A stretch of 64,000 nt of DNA from Octopus vulgaris (GCA_951406725.2 OX597833.1:11284001-11348000), one strand, 5' to 3'. Shown: positions 13,439-30,044, numbered from the stretch's first letter. The notes: generated from the letters alone by a model not told the origin. Numbers and translations: made by a program.

Positions 13439-13695
13439 GGAGGCGCAGTGGACTAGTGGTTAGGGCAGCGGACTCATGATTGTCGGATCGAGGTTTCGAT
13501 TCCCAGACTGGGCGTAGTGAGTGTTTAATGCTCCACGAGCCTCAGGGAATTGGGTTGTTGTGATCACTGCTGTACTCTTTCGCTACAACTTTCTCCCTTT
13601 CTTCTGTTGGCCTGCTCGCTTAGCCAACGCGAAGCGCATTGTGACCAGCGATGTGTAGCAACAATTGATAGCCTGGTCGGTCACGGTGATCACGG
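13439..13695 (+). mobile_element. tRNA-derived SINE (paralogous copies at 34408-34708 and 48063-48365)
   Basis: ggaggcgcagtgg...tggttaggg (A box) and ggtttcgattccc (B box) followed by a non-tRNA body. Confidence 0.8.
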
Positions 13696-14756
13696 AGATA
13701 TATGCATCATACGCACACAATACACACACACACATACACACGTACATACACACACCAGCACAGATGTCCACATATACCTTTAACGAACAAATACGCACAC
13801 ACATATACACACATGGGCACAGAAACACACGCAAATACATGTACATAAGCGCACGCACGCACGCACATTACTCCCACACAACTCCAAAAAATCCCCCACA
13901 CACACGCATGTACAAATTCACATACACACCGATACATATACATACACACAATATATGCCTACACGCGCACACACACGTACACATCCGTATACACGTATAA
14001 ACATGCGCACACATACGCACGTATGCATGCACATTAATGCACACACCGAAAACTCACAACCCCACGGATACACGCATATACACCCATATACGCTTACACA
14101 CACACATACAAACGCACACGTACATGCACACACAACTACACGCACATACGAGACAGCACGCACATACATACACACACACACAAAAGAACCCACACATACA
14201 TCCCATACATAAGGTACACAATTATACATACACGCGCACAATTATACATACATGTACACAAACATACGCACAGTTATTCGCCACACACCCAAACTCTACG
14301 CATACACACACATACACACACACACTACAAACAAAACACACACACGATACATATACATACACACACATACTTCAAACTAGCAGTACCTACTACTTGACCT
14401 GGGGTAGAGACAAAAGGAGCCACGCCCAATTCCTTCTTCCTTGACCTTAACACGACTAGCCCTACAACACGCAAAGATTAACAGCCACAACCACACACAC
14501 ATACACACACACACACACATTTGTCATTATTGCACACATACACACATACACACATACACACAGGCACACGCAGACCTCCGCGCACGCTCTTATCCACACT
14601 TACACACACACATCCCTCCTCCTCTACCTCTCTCCTGTCTTTGAAAGATCTTTACTTCTCCCATTTCCTTCCGGTCATTCAAAATGTGCCCGCGTGTGTA
14701 CCATTGGCGATTTTTTGTCTTCTGTCTTCCCTCCTCTGGATCTTTCCTTCTCGTAA

Positions 14757-14791
14757 GTTTCCGACGAAGAGCTCCACCTGAAACGTTAAAC
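14757..14791 (+). ncRNA. Minimal hammerhead-like motif (U4C variant) in a Penelope-type pLTR relic
   Basis: gttt CCGACGA agagctccacct GAAA cg tt aaac. Confidence 0.4.
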
Positions 14792-14974
14792 CCTCCTTCT
14801 TTCCTTCTCTACTGAGCGTCCAGTAATGATATGCTGGTTCCACGTCCTCGCGTTGTTGTTTTTTTGTGCTTTTTTGTTTGGATTATATATAACTATATAT
14901 ATACATGTGTGTAGATATATATATATATGTAGAAATATGTGTGTGTATATATATGTGTGTGTGTGTGTGTGTGT

Positions 14975-15575
14975 ACTTGCAGAAATACCCGGCATTGCAG
15001 GGGATTAAAATGGCAAAGATGGTATATAATATATTCCAGTCATTTTGAAACAGGTGATATGGGAAAGTGCAACATTGACAACAAAACAGTTGTAGAGTAA
15101 ATGCCGGGCTAACTCGACTAAGCAACATGCTATGCGTCCGTTTGGAGTGTTTCAGGCCCTAACCTGTCATGCAAAATTGGAGCTGGGGTTTCTGTGATTT
15201 TTCAACGCACCGAAAAGCTGTCAGTGGATATACTCTACTTTGCAGCAGTGTGCGCTATGTCTAACACGACCCATCATCGGAAATTTTGACACCTCACGTC
15301 GGGTTTGTTGTCCTACATCACTCATAGAGTAAATTTGGCGGAACTGTGGTTGTTCATCCGCAGGTACCAGGGAACCAATGAGGGGATAGACTTGCCCTTG
15401 AACTTTGACGTCAGCGTAAATTCATGTTTATCAATCTTCTTAGATTCACCAAACGATATCATTTGAAATGCAGAGTTGTATTGTTTGATATTGTTCAGAA
15501 AATCCTTTGACTGGATTGAAACGCCTTCTAGAAGATTCCTAAGGGGTTGAGATGGTAGTGTTGGCAATGATACCT
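14975..15575 (-). mobile_element. Helitron relic, intron 1 of copy B
   Basis: ORF 15322..15567 FLNNIKQYNSAFQMISFG; decayed hairpin/CTAG end at 14975. Confidence 0.65.
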
Positions 15576-15674
15576 GTCCGAATATGTTGTCATCTATTGC
15601 ATTGCTTTGAGTTCTAAACGATAATAAATACCCTGAAGTTCTATTTATATGATGCTATTTCTATTTTTTCACAG

Positions 15675-15726
15675 AACCGTTTCATCTCCAAGAAATCTCT
15701 CGACGATAAACCTGATGACACACCAA
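15675..15726 (+). CDS. Copy B exon 2
   Basis: cacag|AACCGT...CCAA|gtaag, 52 nt. Confidence 0.75.
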
Positions 15727-15939
15727 GTAAGAACTAATTTTATGGCTAAAGTCTTTTACCCGTGACTCATTAACTAATGAATTATAATTTCACCAACTTT
15801 GAATTAGTTCCACATTATTATCCATATGTCCACAAAGATGTAGGCTAAGACATTTGCCTGCATTTATTTTAAAATATGTTCTACTTTACAATAATTTCCT
15901 AAATAAAATGTTACTCTAATATACTATGCAATATACTAT

Positions 15940-17920
15940 ACAATTCAGCATTCTGTCCACTCTTGTGCTTCCAGTCATTCGTGAATAGAGACCCGAAATA
16001 ATGATGTTCCACTTTCCTACACAGTGCGTATTTGTCAATCCTGCCTTGGGGTACTCGTCAGCCAACCCATTCGGTGCACGTTGTTGGTGGCCATCAGACG
16101 AATCAGGTAGCAGCATGTCGTCTACAAATAACAGTCGACCGATCACGTAGAGATGAATTGGGATACCTCTACCACAATGTCTGCGCATATTCAACCAGAT
16201 CACAAAAAACAAAGTGAGAAGGGGCACTAACAATGCACACTTCAACTAAGGGAAACCTTCATGTTGAAAACTTTCGACTTTTGCATAAATACAAACATTT
16301 GAACATCCAAATAAGTACTTTATGGCAACCAGTATTTGCCCATTAAACTCACCTTCCAGGTAAACAATCCGCAACATGCCCCAGGGCACGTGATCGTCTG
16401 CATTTTCATGGTTTACAGCGTGTAAACCTTAGAAGTATTTCAGTGTTTGCTAGAAGATCTATCTTTGGACGACTCTCTGGTCGGGTGTACTCCGTCCAGG
16501 ACGGTAATCTTGGGAGCGACAATTTCCCTACATATCTTTTCCTGACATCTAGTGTAGACTTTTCTATAATTAGAACACACTCTTTGGTCTCTGTTTGAAA
16601 AAATTGTGATTGTCATCCCATATATCCATTGCCTTGGTGTTTTTTCCAGAGGTCCCATCCACCTAGCATACACGGGTCACTCAGAGAATACCATCTGTAT
16701 TTAAGGTTTCTAAAATATCAAGGCGAACGTACATATTCACCAGCAGCTTTATCACTTTTAAGTGAATTTAGCTCAAATAATCCGAGAAATATAATACAAT
16801 CACGAATCCATTTCTTGGTCCAAATTCATTCAGGCGGGTCACTCTCAATTTGGATGCAAAAGTCTCCACATTTTCGTTTCTGATCCCAGCATCCACTGCG
16901 GCTTCCAACTGTATTCTGTAGGTCGCACTGGACTTACCAATTTCCAATATTCGGTAGATTGTGGGAATTTTCAGGTTTTCAGACATTTAGGTAGTGACGA
17001 GTTGACAACGCAACTCCTTCCTTTTACCCGAACGTTCAGCAAAGAGTGAAAGATGACCGAAATCTATCATAAACCTCTGTCACCAAGTATTTCTATACCA
17101 GGCACCCTTATAAATATCCCTGTCTTATAACAATATCTATACCATAGAGAGGAGAGTGTGTATCCTGCACTGAAGACTGCTATGACCTCTCCATTAAGTT
17201 CACTGACGACATTCCTTCCAATCAATCCTTCTCACTGTTATCAGTGCCAAGGTGTGTACTGCAGTCTCCTTTCAGGACAAATGACTTTGCCCCAAATGTA
17301 TCTAAAGCTGAGGTGAATTTGCTTAGGAAGGATTTGTATTTGACCACAATGTTTGCTGCATATACTTTCAACAGCCACAGTGGTCTTTCATATTCAGCCG
17401 TAGCTTGAAGAGGTGAACCCTCACACCTATTAGGTTTCACTCCATAATACAATCCGAATGCTGGGAATTGAGTGTATCCTAATCCCACCTGTGCAGACAT
17501 TGTTGGCACCACAGTTGCGTAGTGGAGTTTCAAGCCTATATCCAAGTGTACGCTATCGGAGAAACGAAATTTTGTAGAGGAGACACCGATTATATCTTAC
17601 GGGCAGATTATATCTAACAATTTTGACGTTTGAATTCTCAATTATTAAAGTTTGTTCCCTTCTTGATCTGCTTTGGTTTCCTGAGACCGTCAATTTTGTG
17701 CTCCCACCCCACGCACCCCAGTTTAAGTTGCAGGCTTCTTGCTGTTTGCACCGGTATTTGGTGGGGTGTGCTATACATTTATCGAACGGACTCTTCTACT
17801 CGAGATCCGGATGCGATGTCTTTTAACTAAATCGACAAATGATGCGGTATGGTTGTTATTTTCATATTGTAGTTATGATGGCCTTATTTGCGCCGAGCTC
17901 CAAACTGATATTTGTAATTG
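15940..17920 (-). mobile_element. RTE LINE relic, intron 2 of copy B
   Basis: Collinear with 750-5750 minus the CR1 insert. Confidence 0.7.
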
Positions 17921-18320
17921 ACCGATGAATATTCGCTCCTGGCGAATATTTTATCATTATTCTATTGAGTTTTATCATTATTCTATTGAGAATTATATAT
18001 ACTCATACCCAAGTTTACGTATCATACATACATCCGTTCATAGCGGAGACCGATACACATTCTGATATTCTGAGATTAATCTCTCAAATCTTTGACATCA
18101 ACGTCACCAACAGGCTCAACAGACAAATGTCTTTTTTCTTTCTTTACAATTTATTCTTATTATTTACATCTTTCGTTCTGACTTTCATTCATTCACTCGT
18201 TCTTTCTTCAATTCTATATTTCTCTCTCCTCCATCAATTCCTTCCCATCCAACATCCTACTTTGTAAATGATCCCCTAATTCTTTCTTTTAAACTACATT
18301 ATTTCATTTTAATATCACAG

Positions 18321-18395
18321 AACCCGGTCTCGGATCATTGTATACCCGGTGGGGCAGAACGACTTGTCCTCCTTATTCAAAACTTGTATATGACG
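18321..18395 (+). CDS. Copy B exon 3
   Basis: cacag|AACCCG...GACG|gttag; YTRWGRTTCPP. Confidence 0.85.
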
Positions 18396-19578
18396 GTTAG
18401 TATACTTTATAATTCTGACCTCTCATTCTCTTTTTGTCTTTCTCTTGCTCTCTCTCTATACCTATCATTCTCTCTTTTTGTTGCCTCTCTTTCTCTCTCA
18501 CCCTCTCTCTCACGCACACGCACACACACTCACCCTTTGTCGGGTTGTCTGACATAAACATTCTCAAATCCTTTTATGATATGTCACGTTTCAAACGCCT
18601 ATACCTGTAGACTATACAGACGCAACACAAGACTGCTTACTCCTTTGTAGGTGTTGGTCAAATCAGAATATTATATGTTGTCTACTACGGACCAAGTGAA
18701 AAGGATGTTGTCTAACCACAGAATATAGATATCGCTACGTTAAATTACAGATCGGGGCTGGACTGAAAAACAACCATGGCGATCAAAAATTTCTGGCTGA
18801 CCAGCTTTGGATTGTAGATATCAAATACCGAGGCTGCTAACTGGTGATCAAGTGTGCTGACTACGGATGGTGATATTGTACGTGAGTGACCAGAGCTGAA
18901 TAGTGGCCACTTGACTATCATTAACTAGAGTGCCCAGTGATCGTAGATGTGGGCTAAATTGAATAGAGTCTATTAGAATTGATGACAGTGACTGTAAACG
19001 ATTAATGAAATGAACGCACAATGTAGAATGAGGACTGGACAAGCCACATACTGTAACTGATGGAAGGACTTTATTCATTAAGTAAAATAGAGAGAGACTA
19101 AATATTAGTGAGAGAACACAACAGAGTACGGAATGCACTTCTCTTCGTCTCCGCCTCACCGAAATCGTCCTATCGCTAAAACCTTGCTCTTTTCATGCAC
19201 CACATCACCTCATTAATTATCCAGTATATATTTGTAAGGTAATCACGACACTTCCAATTCAAAACTACTGCTACAAACCGCTTCCCCAATCCACCTCACA
19301 TTCCTTAAAAATGCTCTGAATCTGCTCTTTATAAACCTTACACGTATATTTTATCGGTCGCCGACTCCATCACCAAAAAATAACCCCGTTCACACGTGAA
19401 CACCTTTTCCATTTCGGGTAAACACGAGCACATGCGTTACCGAATTCCTTTCTTTTTCTCCTTCTATTAACATCCTCGCAAATACACTTCCCCATGCAAA
19501 CTTACATAATAATCCACGTCATAACCTCAAATAATTGCCCGTATACACAGAACCTATATATACATATACTTACACACA

Positions 19579-19773
<195 letters not shown>

Positions 19774-19774
19774 T

Positions 19775-21575
<1,801 letters not shown>

Positions 21576-21659
21576 ATTTTATATATCACAACTCATGTTC
21601 CACATCTCCTTTTTTAAATATATATATGTATATATATAATATATATATATATAGATTCA

Positions 21660-22670
21660 GATGAATATGTTACTTAAGTTGAGGATCCAGAATTGAGTAC
21701 GTCATTATCCATACAACTTTAAAGTAAGGTGATTAAAATTAGAATAAGCAACGATGATATCCAGAGATAATGCAGTACGTTCGTTTCTGCAACTCCATTT
21801 AATTGAACAATGCAATCATTACATCAGTTTAAAATTTAGAGCAATCTTCAGCTGCACAAAGGCGTAGAATTTAATTAAAGTACAACAGATGGACACATTT
21901 GTATAATTATACTTAAAATCTCCAAGATATTACATAGAACATGTTGTCTCTACTTCAGCATAGCAGTGACTAAAATTATCTAGAAGACTCAGCTTACCAC
22001 TGATTTTTTGTCTTTATGGGGTCAGTTTTCCTTTATAGACTAGTTTACAAATCTCTTGTATATCTAAGGCTGAGAGAACATAGGGCAGTATCTGTTAGGA
22101 GGAGGGCTGAGGGGGTAGACAGACATTCTAGTTGGTATAGTCATAAAATATGAAGAATTATTATAAGCAATACCATGAGGTTTAGTAAGGGAAAACATAA
22201 AACAAGATGTTAGCTGATAATTAAGGGGGTCGCACACTGGCAGACTATTGACAATGAAACGGAAGGTCTTATCATATATTATAGTTAAATATTTTAAACA
22301 ATGTTGCTATGAATACAGTTAAAGTTTAGGGTTTTCCAAAGAATTATTAAGAAGAAGAATATAACAAAGGGATAGAAATTGTTGAATCCTTTTTGTATTC
22401 ATAAGTATTCATAAATTTCTTGATAATTTTATTAACTTCTAAGCTGAATTAGAGACAACATGTTCTTTGTGTATCTCCTTAGCTTCTTGGAAATTTTAGG
22501 TATAATTATACTAATGTGTCAATCTGTTTTAATTTAATTAAATCCTATGTATTTGTGCAGCTGAAGATTCCTCTATATTTTAAATTGATGTGATTATTGT
22601 ATTGTTCAATTAAATGGAGTTGCATGAAACAATTGTACTGCATTATCTCTGGATATCCTTGTTGCTTACT

Positions 22671-22672
<2 letters not shown>
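21660..22672. mobile_element. Penelope-like inverted-pLTR element carrying hammerhead motifs
   Basis: Inverted arms ~21755-21862 / 22551-22657; bounded by (TA)n. Confidence 0.6.
22556..22642 (+). ncRNA. Type I hammerhead ribozyme motif
   Basis: tgcag CTGAAGA [long domain II] GAAA caattg TA ctgca: 5-bp stem I, intact core, palindromic stem III, GUA cleavage triplet. Confidence 0.6.
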
Positions 22673-22712
<40 letters not shown>

Positions 22713-22925
22713 AAGAGAATGCAAATGCACAGCTATGATCTCATGCATACAGCAACACACAGCTTACACTCACATAAACACTAACATATATACACCACAA
22801 TTCGTTCACACGTGACTAAACATGACTTCTTTTAAGGGTCAAACTGTAATGAATGTTTCCGTAATTTCATATATAATTTTACTTAATATCTTCTTTTTTA
22901 CTTGATTTATTCTTACCAATTCTAG

Positions 22926-23417
22926 GTGTGGTTGGTGGACAATTCTTTGACCACACAGGTGGCGGAAGTAATCTCTTGTGTTTACCTAACGATCCCATTT
23001 GGGCCAATTATACGACAGAAGTTGAAAAAGGTGGTTACATTTATGGCAGTGAATATCAATTAGATTTATACCCAACTAATAAACTCTTTTCTTTTGCTAA
23101 TGCTAAATCACTCCATGAGCACAACGTTCCGTGCGCTGTCTGTTTGACACGACAACCTGCTGTTGTAATGATGTTACCAGCCAGGACAAAGTGTTACGAT
23201 GGTTGGACAACTGAGTATTCGGGATATTTGATGACCGAGCGTCATACTCATAAGGGCAGACATGAATATGGATTATGCACCAGAAGCTGATCCAGCAGGT
23301 TACAGAGACGAAAATGGAGTTTTATTATATTTTGTTCAGGCTGTTTGTGGTTCATTGCCATGTCCACCGTATGTCCAAGGTCAAGAATTAACCTGCGTTG
23401 TGTGCAGTAAATATTGA
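22926..23417 (+). pseudogene. Copy B exon 4 (frameshifted, 492 nt)
   Basis: ORF 22928..23290 ends early; the C-terminal YAPEADPAGYRDENGVLLYF...CSKY* continues in another frame. Confidence 0.85.
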
Positions 23418-24849
23418 ATAGAAATTAAATTCGGTTCCATATAAAAATATGTCTGTGAAATACAATATATAATTTAAATTTTCAATTTTGTTACCTAATA
23501 TTTTCTTTAAATTACGTCTATGGTTAAAAAAATTGAAAACTATATAAAAGAGGCGACATATAATGTGGAAAGTATCCTCATAAAACGATGTAATCCTATT
23601 GGAATAATTCTAGAAAACATTTTGTAAGATTTCAGTTTACCAAACTTATCGTTGAAATAAAATGTTAGTTCGTTCTTTCGTCTTCTGTCTCATGATTCAA
23701 CAAACCCCAAATAAAGTACCACCATAGAATTATATCAGCTTTTCATGCACAGCCTTAGAAAATCAAATACTTGACGCTACTATCTCAGACATCTTGGTTT
23801 TCAAATTACAACTCGGATTCTAACAAGGGTCATGAACCCTAACGTTACTTAGCACAGAAAATACACGATCGCTTCAACAACAACCAGTTACACCTACACA
23901 AACCGTGATTAATCAGGAAATCTTTCCGTTTCATTTCTGCCTCTCATCTTATAAAACATATTTATCCTCTACTTTAGAAATATCACAAAACGTTCATTTT
24001 AAGATTTCTGAGACTCTGGAATTTACACGATCAACCCAAATCTATATCACAATCTACACACCTCTCCACATAATAAGACACAAAATGAAACTCTATGCAC
24101 AGAACACTCACATCATACACTAAACGCTGATATAGAAGAATAAGAAAGGAAATCAACCGGAAAAATTGCCTCATTTCGACAGCAGAGAACATCAAATACG
24201 ACGATTTCTTTCACTCATCTACGTAAACATATCAGACTCGAAGAAAGGATGAATCCTAGAAGCTGAATACATTTCATGCGAAACGAATACAACAGACATA
24301 AAAGTGAGAGTAAATAGAGCAAATATAGTCAGGGCAAGCACGGATGCTGTGTGTAAGAAGGCTGAGATGTTGTGACCGTCACGTTATATCCAATAGGATT
24401 CATGATTGTCTGTTGGAGTGTATCGAATATTTCTCAGATAAACGAAGGCTAACAACATCACGTTCTAATAAACATTAAAGATTACTTAGTGTTTACAATC
24501 CGGCTGTAATTATTCTGATGGGCAAATCCGGATTCGGTTCTCTGGATTATGAATTTACCTGACATTAAATTGTAAACAATTGCACAGAATACGGACGCTG
24601 GTAAATCAAATTTTTCTTTTGATTCAGTTGTTAGTGATGCAGCATAATTAGACAGTTAAAACGACCGTCATGTGTTAAAGCTGTACAGAGCATGCGCAGC
24701 TGCATATGCAACCTATCATTACAAAAAAAAGTGATGGGGATTTGTTGAAATCTGATATGGCTTTAAGATTTATTTTGTAGCTTTTTTCAAATTAACCTCA
24801 GTTCGCGGACGAAATTGAGATTGCTAATATATATATATATATATATAGG

Positions 24850-25648
24850 AAAATGTGTTGCTGAAAATGTACTTAAATTTCAAAAACTCATGAATGCTTA
24901 AAATACATTTATTTGCATATGTACCAAACTAGTTTCAACAATGTTTTTTGTTTTTCAACGGTAAAAGTGTAGAAACTATTTCATCCTTTGGCCACAGAAC
25001 ATTGAGCAACTCACAGAATTTAAAAACGTAATCAACAGCATTGATCACAGTATCCAATTCACTATGGAATACAACCACCAACAACTACCCTTCCTGGACA
25101 TCTTAATAATAAAGAGAGATACTGAGATTGAAACCGACATCTTCTTCAAACCAACAGACTCAAAACAATATCTTCTATTCTCCTCTTGCCACCCAAAACA
25201 TACTAAAATAAAATATACCGTTCAACTTAGCGAGAAGAATTTGCACGATTGCATCAAATCCCGAAACCCGAGAAAGGCGACTTCAGGAACGTAAAACCTC
25301 ATTACTAGATAGAAAGTACCCGGTCTAATCAAAAATGGATTAGAACGTGCAAAAATGATAGACATTCAAGAGTTACGGAAAACAAGGAAATACCATGACA
25401 GACTTAAAACTCTATCTTACGTATCGACACACAATCCAAGAAACGAGGAAGCATACAATATCATCCACCAAAACATGCCCATCCTTAAATGTGGAGGTTC
25501 TAATGGAGACTACATTGGTCAAACAAGCTTAACTTTGAGGGATAGACTTACGGTGCACAGGCAAAAGATCCGGGACCTCTCAATTAGGAAAATTCCCGTT
25601 AGTCAGCACCTAGAAAAAACCCCTAAATACCAAATCTTCCCTCTCTAG

Positions 25649-25650
<2 letters not shown>
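24850..25650 (+). mobile_element. Penelope-like element fragment (RT C-terminus + GIY-YIG) with an inverted pLTR stub
   Basis: FTMEY..LPFLDILI..FKPTDSKQYL.FSSCHPKH and YIGQT..LRDRL..HR; decayed minus-strand hammerhead core at ~24925-24963. Confidence 0.8.
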
Positions 25651-25684
<34 letters not shown>

Positions 25685-25959
25685 TTCAAATTTACAGAGG
25701 TCAAAAGACGAAGACAGGCGTAGGAAAAACAAGCAGATGTATTTGTTTAACGTTTGAGTAAAATAGGAAAGTCTTTTACATTCCAGCCTACGCACCTCGA
25801 CACAAAGAGGTAAAAAAAATGGTGAAGGAAAGAAATATGCAGAGTACAACGGTCTCCAGCATGGCGACATGACTGGAAAAGGGTCCTAAATGAAAGATAG
25901 AAAGGTAGATAATAATATTAACAATATAAGAGAAAGGTAGGCTATCAGTTCAGAAATAA

Positions 25960-27130
25960 TAAACGAAAAATTAATCATTTGCTCTACATGGATGATCTGT
26001 TTCTTTTTAGTTAGAATGGAAAAAGATAGATACATAATACAGACTATAAGGCACTTCAGCAAAGATATAGGCATACAATTTGGCATAGATAAGTGTGCAA
26101 TATAAGTCTTGGGAAGGGGACAGGCAGCCAACGGTGAAGGCGTCCAATTACAAATGGAGAGACATTAAAGCGATTGAAAGGAGGAGAGAGTTATTAGTAT
26201 CTAGGAATATTAGAACGTTACAGGGTACTAATTAGAGAAATGAATGCGAAAATTGAAAAGGAGTAGATCAGAAGGGTGAGGAAGTTAATGAAGTCAAAGC
26301 TAAATGGTTCGAATCTAGTGAAGGCTGTAAATATCCGGGCAGTCACATTACTCAGCAGCTTTTGTAGATGAGACAAAATCTGAATTAGCAACGGGAGAGA
26401 GAAGATGTAGGAAGGAATCCAATATGAACGGATGACTCCACCCGAAGGCAGGGGTAGCAAGAGTGTACTTACATAGAAAGGAAGGCGGAAGAGGGTAAAT
26501 ATCAGTAGGAGACTTTGTGGAGTTAGCTAGATTAGATATAGGTCCCTATATAGGTAAGAGTGAAGAAAGTTTATTATAAGCTGCTAGAGTCACAAGACAT
26601 AAGGACACCAAAACCTCGATCGAACTAAAAAACGAGTAAAATTGACAGAAATTATCTGATTGGTAGAAGGCATTGCATGGTAGATTCCCAAAGATAGTTG
26701 GAGCAAATTGTAGTAGTGAGACATAGTGATGGTTGCAGAAACGAAAGCTGGTGCGGGAGACAATGTTTGTTAGTAGCGGCACAAGATCAATCATTAAGGA
26801 CTAATTTGATAAAAGCCAAGATAGACAGAAACAAAATAGATTCCCAATGTAGTTTAGGGAAATCAACGGAGAAAAGCGTTACACATATAGTAAGTGAATT
26901 TAGCATGCTGTCAGAGAAAGAATAGAAGAAAAGACATGACAATCTAGGGAAGTAATCCATTGGGAGCGATGTAGAAAGCTAGGATTTGAACGTCCTGATA
27001 ACTGGTATAGACATGAACCTAGTAAAGTACCAGAATGTGAGAGATGTAAAATATTGTGGGATTTTAATATGCAGACTGATTTGGTAATAATAGAAGTAGT
27101 GGTGGTGGTGTTAGTAGTAGTATCAGCAGC

Positions 27131-27185
<55 letters not shown>

Positions 27186-27252
27186 ATTAGTAGTAGTAGT
27201 GTAGTAGTTGTAGTACTAGTTGTTGTTGTTGTAGTAGTAGTAGTTGTTGTAC

Positions 27253-27322
<70 letters not shown>

Positions 27323-27590
27323 TAAAGAAAACAGAAAGTGTCTAGATAATTGACTTTCCGGTCCCAAATGATGAATCGCAGTCGTTACAGTTATATTGGG
27401 AACTATACCGAAAGATCTGAAGAGGTGGAGAGAGGAAATAGGTATAAATCCCAGATTAGTAGAGCTCTAGAAAACTGTTTTATTAGCGACAGCCAGGATA
27501 CTTTGGAGGGTTCTTGACATCGAAGGTTACTTGTTGTAGCCGGGTAGGAGGGTTCTTGAGATCTAAGGTTACTTATAACCCGATGTTAGG
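25960..27590 (+). mobile_element. Degenerate R4/Dong-like (RLE) non-LTR retrotransposon 3' part
   Basis: YMDD, FSKDIGIQFGIDKC, AAQDQSLRT, HIVSE..L..KKRHD, ILWDF..QTD, VVDK...IIDFPVP. Confidence 0.7.
27092..27322. repeat. (TAG)n/(GTA)n expansion inside the R4-like relic
   Basis: Visible directly. Confidence 0.95.
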
Positions 27591-28282
27591 ACTATTTCTT
27601 TACCAAAAGTCTAATCTGTTGAGTGTATATGAAAATGGCAAGTTTAACTATGATCCAAACGAACTACGGTGCGCAAGCGTGTGTGAATGGTGCGTGTGAG
27701 TGTGTATATGTGAATGGCAGCGTGTGAGTAGGTAGGTGAGGGCGAGTGTGTGTGTGTGTGTGTGTGTGAATGAATATGCGTATGGACGTATGAATGGGGC
27801 TAACGTGTGTGTGTTGTGTGTAGCATATGATGTGTGCTTTTTCAGGCGGTGCGTGTACCTGTGTATGTATGTGTCTATAACCAGATAGTGTGCCTGTGTA
27901 TGGTGTATTGTGTATGCATTTTGGGCGAAAGTCATCTGCGTCTGTGCAGGTTGCGCGTGTTTATGTATGTTGCGCGTGTGTGTATATGTTGTCTATTTTC
28001 AGGTATCATGTGTTTGTGTGGGTGTCGGTGTGAGCAAGAGGGTGAGTGTAGGTGTGAGTGCTTGTATAAGAGTAGGTGTGGTACTGCTATTAAAGAATGT
28101 GTGAGTGTGTGTGGGTAATGATATGCGGCAAGCGTGCTGAGAAGTGTTCAGTGCTAGTGTGAGCGGAGTGGGAAGATGTTTGTGTGTGTGTGTGAAATGC
28201 TGGGACACGGGTATATGGCTTATCGCCGGGATCCACCCGTAACTGACAAAATGATAACATGAAAGGAAAGTTATATATAAAG

Positions 28283-28359
<77 letters not shown>

Positions 28360-28384
28360 GAAATAGTAAATGCACTATTTTAAA

Positions 28385-28595
28385 ACCTAGCCAGGGTCAT
28401 GGGCCCGGTTTGCCGGTTTCAATGGCGTATGTGTTTCACCAATCCATCGCAGCGTTACTCATTTTTGCCAGATGAGTGGAATGGAGCAACGTGAAATGAA
28501 GAATTTTGCTCAAGAACACAACGCGTCGCCCGGCTCAGGAATCGAAACCACAATCTTACGATCATGATGCTGACACCCTAACCACGCGCCTCCAC
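28385..28595 (-). mobile_element. tRNA-derived CORE-type SINE
   Basis: ...ttgctcaagaacacaac...caggaatcgaaacc...accctaaccacgcgcctcc is the reverse complement of an A/B-box head. Confidence 0.65.
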
Positions 28596-29316
28596 GCAAA
28601 CACCCCCACCCACACATATATATATACATATATATATATACATATATATATATACATATATATATATATTTATATATATATATATACAATATATATATAT
28701 TTATATATATGTATGCATGTATATATTCTTTTTATTTTATTCTTTTACATGTTTCAGTCATTTCACCGCGGACATGCTGGAGCATGCTTTTGCTCGAAGA
28801 GATCGAGCCCAGGAATTATTATTTGTAAGCTTAGTACATATTCTGTCGCTCTTTATATATATATATACACGTTGGGCCCCTTTCTGTTTCCGTCTACCAA
28901 ATCCACTTAGAAGAATTTTTCTTGAGAAGATTTCTTGGTGGTCAGACCATAGCGGATCAACTTCTAGCATAAGAGATGTCCACATAGTGGTCTTCCCTCT
29001 CATATGTATATAATACAAACTACAGAAGCTTCAGATTTTAATATGCTAGACCACTGCTGTTAAATTGATGTTAATTAAATCAATATCCAATTACTTACCC
29101 TCATTTTAAATTATATATATATATATACATATGCAGTTTCTCTCTTTTCAGCAATAAAGATAATTTATTTGCTCAGGGAGAATTCTTCAGTGAGACCCTG
29201 TTTTTCTGGGATCCTAACTCACTAGAAGCATGTGCTTCTAATGATTTACTCTCCCTAACTAATCATATCACTGCGCAGACTCCGAACGTCCCGACAAAAC
29301 TAGGATATATATATAT

Positions 29317-29372
<56 letters not shown>

Positions 29373-29644
29373 CGGATTTCTTTTATATATATACATATAT
29401 ATGTACATGTAAAATTTCCCCAACCATCATTTGACAGCTGACGTTGGTGTGTTTACGTCCCAGCAACGTAGCGGTTCGACAAAGAGAACGATAAAATAAG
29501 TGCTAGGCTTATAAAGAATGAGTTATGTGGCTGATTTTTTCGATTAACTGCGGTGCCCCAGCATAGGCGCATTCAAAATGTAAAAGAATAAAAGAAAAGA
29601 ATTGAAGAATATATATATACACACAGAATATCTATATGTATGTA

Positions 29645-30000
29645 TAGGTGTGTGTGTGTCCTATGTGTATACGTGTGTGTGTGTGTGTGTTTTGTGTGTG
29701 TGTGTGTGAAATATGTTTGTGTGTGAGTATGTGTGTGTGTTTGTGCGTGTGTGTGTGTGTGTGTGTTTGTTTGTGTGTGTGTGTGTGAAATATGTTTGTG
29801 TGTGTGTGTGTGTTTGTGTATGTGAGTGTGTGTTTGTTTGTTTGTGTGTATGTGTGTGCATATGTTTCTCTGTGTGTGTGTGTGTTTGTTTGTGCGTGTG
29901 TGCATATGTTTGTGTGTGTGTGTATTTGAGCGAGTGTGTGTGTGTGTTTGTTTGTTTGTGTGTATGTGTGTGCATATGTTTGTGTGTGTGTGTGTGTGTA

Positions 30001-30043
<43 letters not shown>
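29645..30043. repeat. Compound (GT)n tract upstream of copy C
   Basis: Visible directly. Confidence 0.95.

Positions 30044-30044
<1 letters not shown>

Noticed and set aside
13439-13515. tRNA-like sequences (also 34408, 48063, 32700-32780, 63960)
   Set aside because: They are SINE heads continuing into SINE bodies, not standalone tRNA genes.
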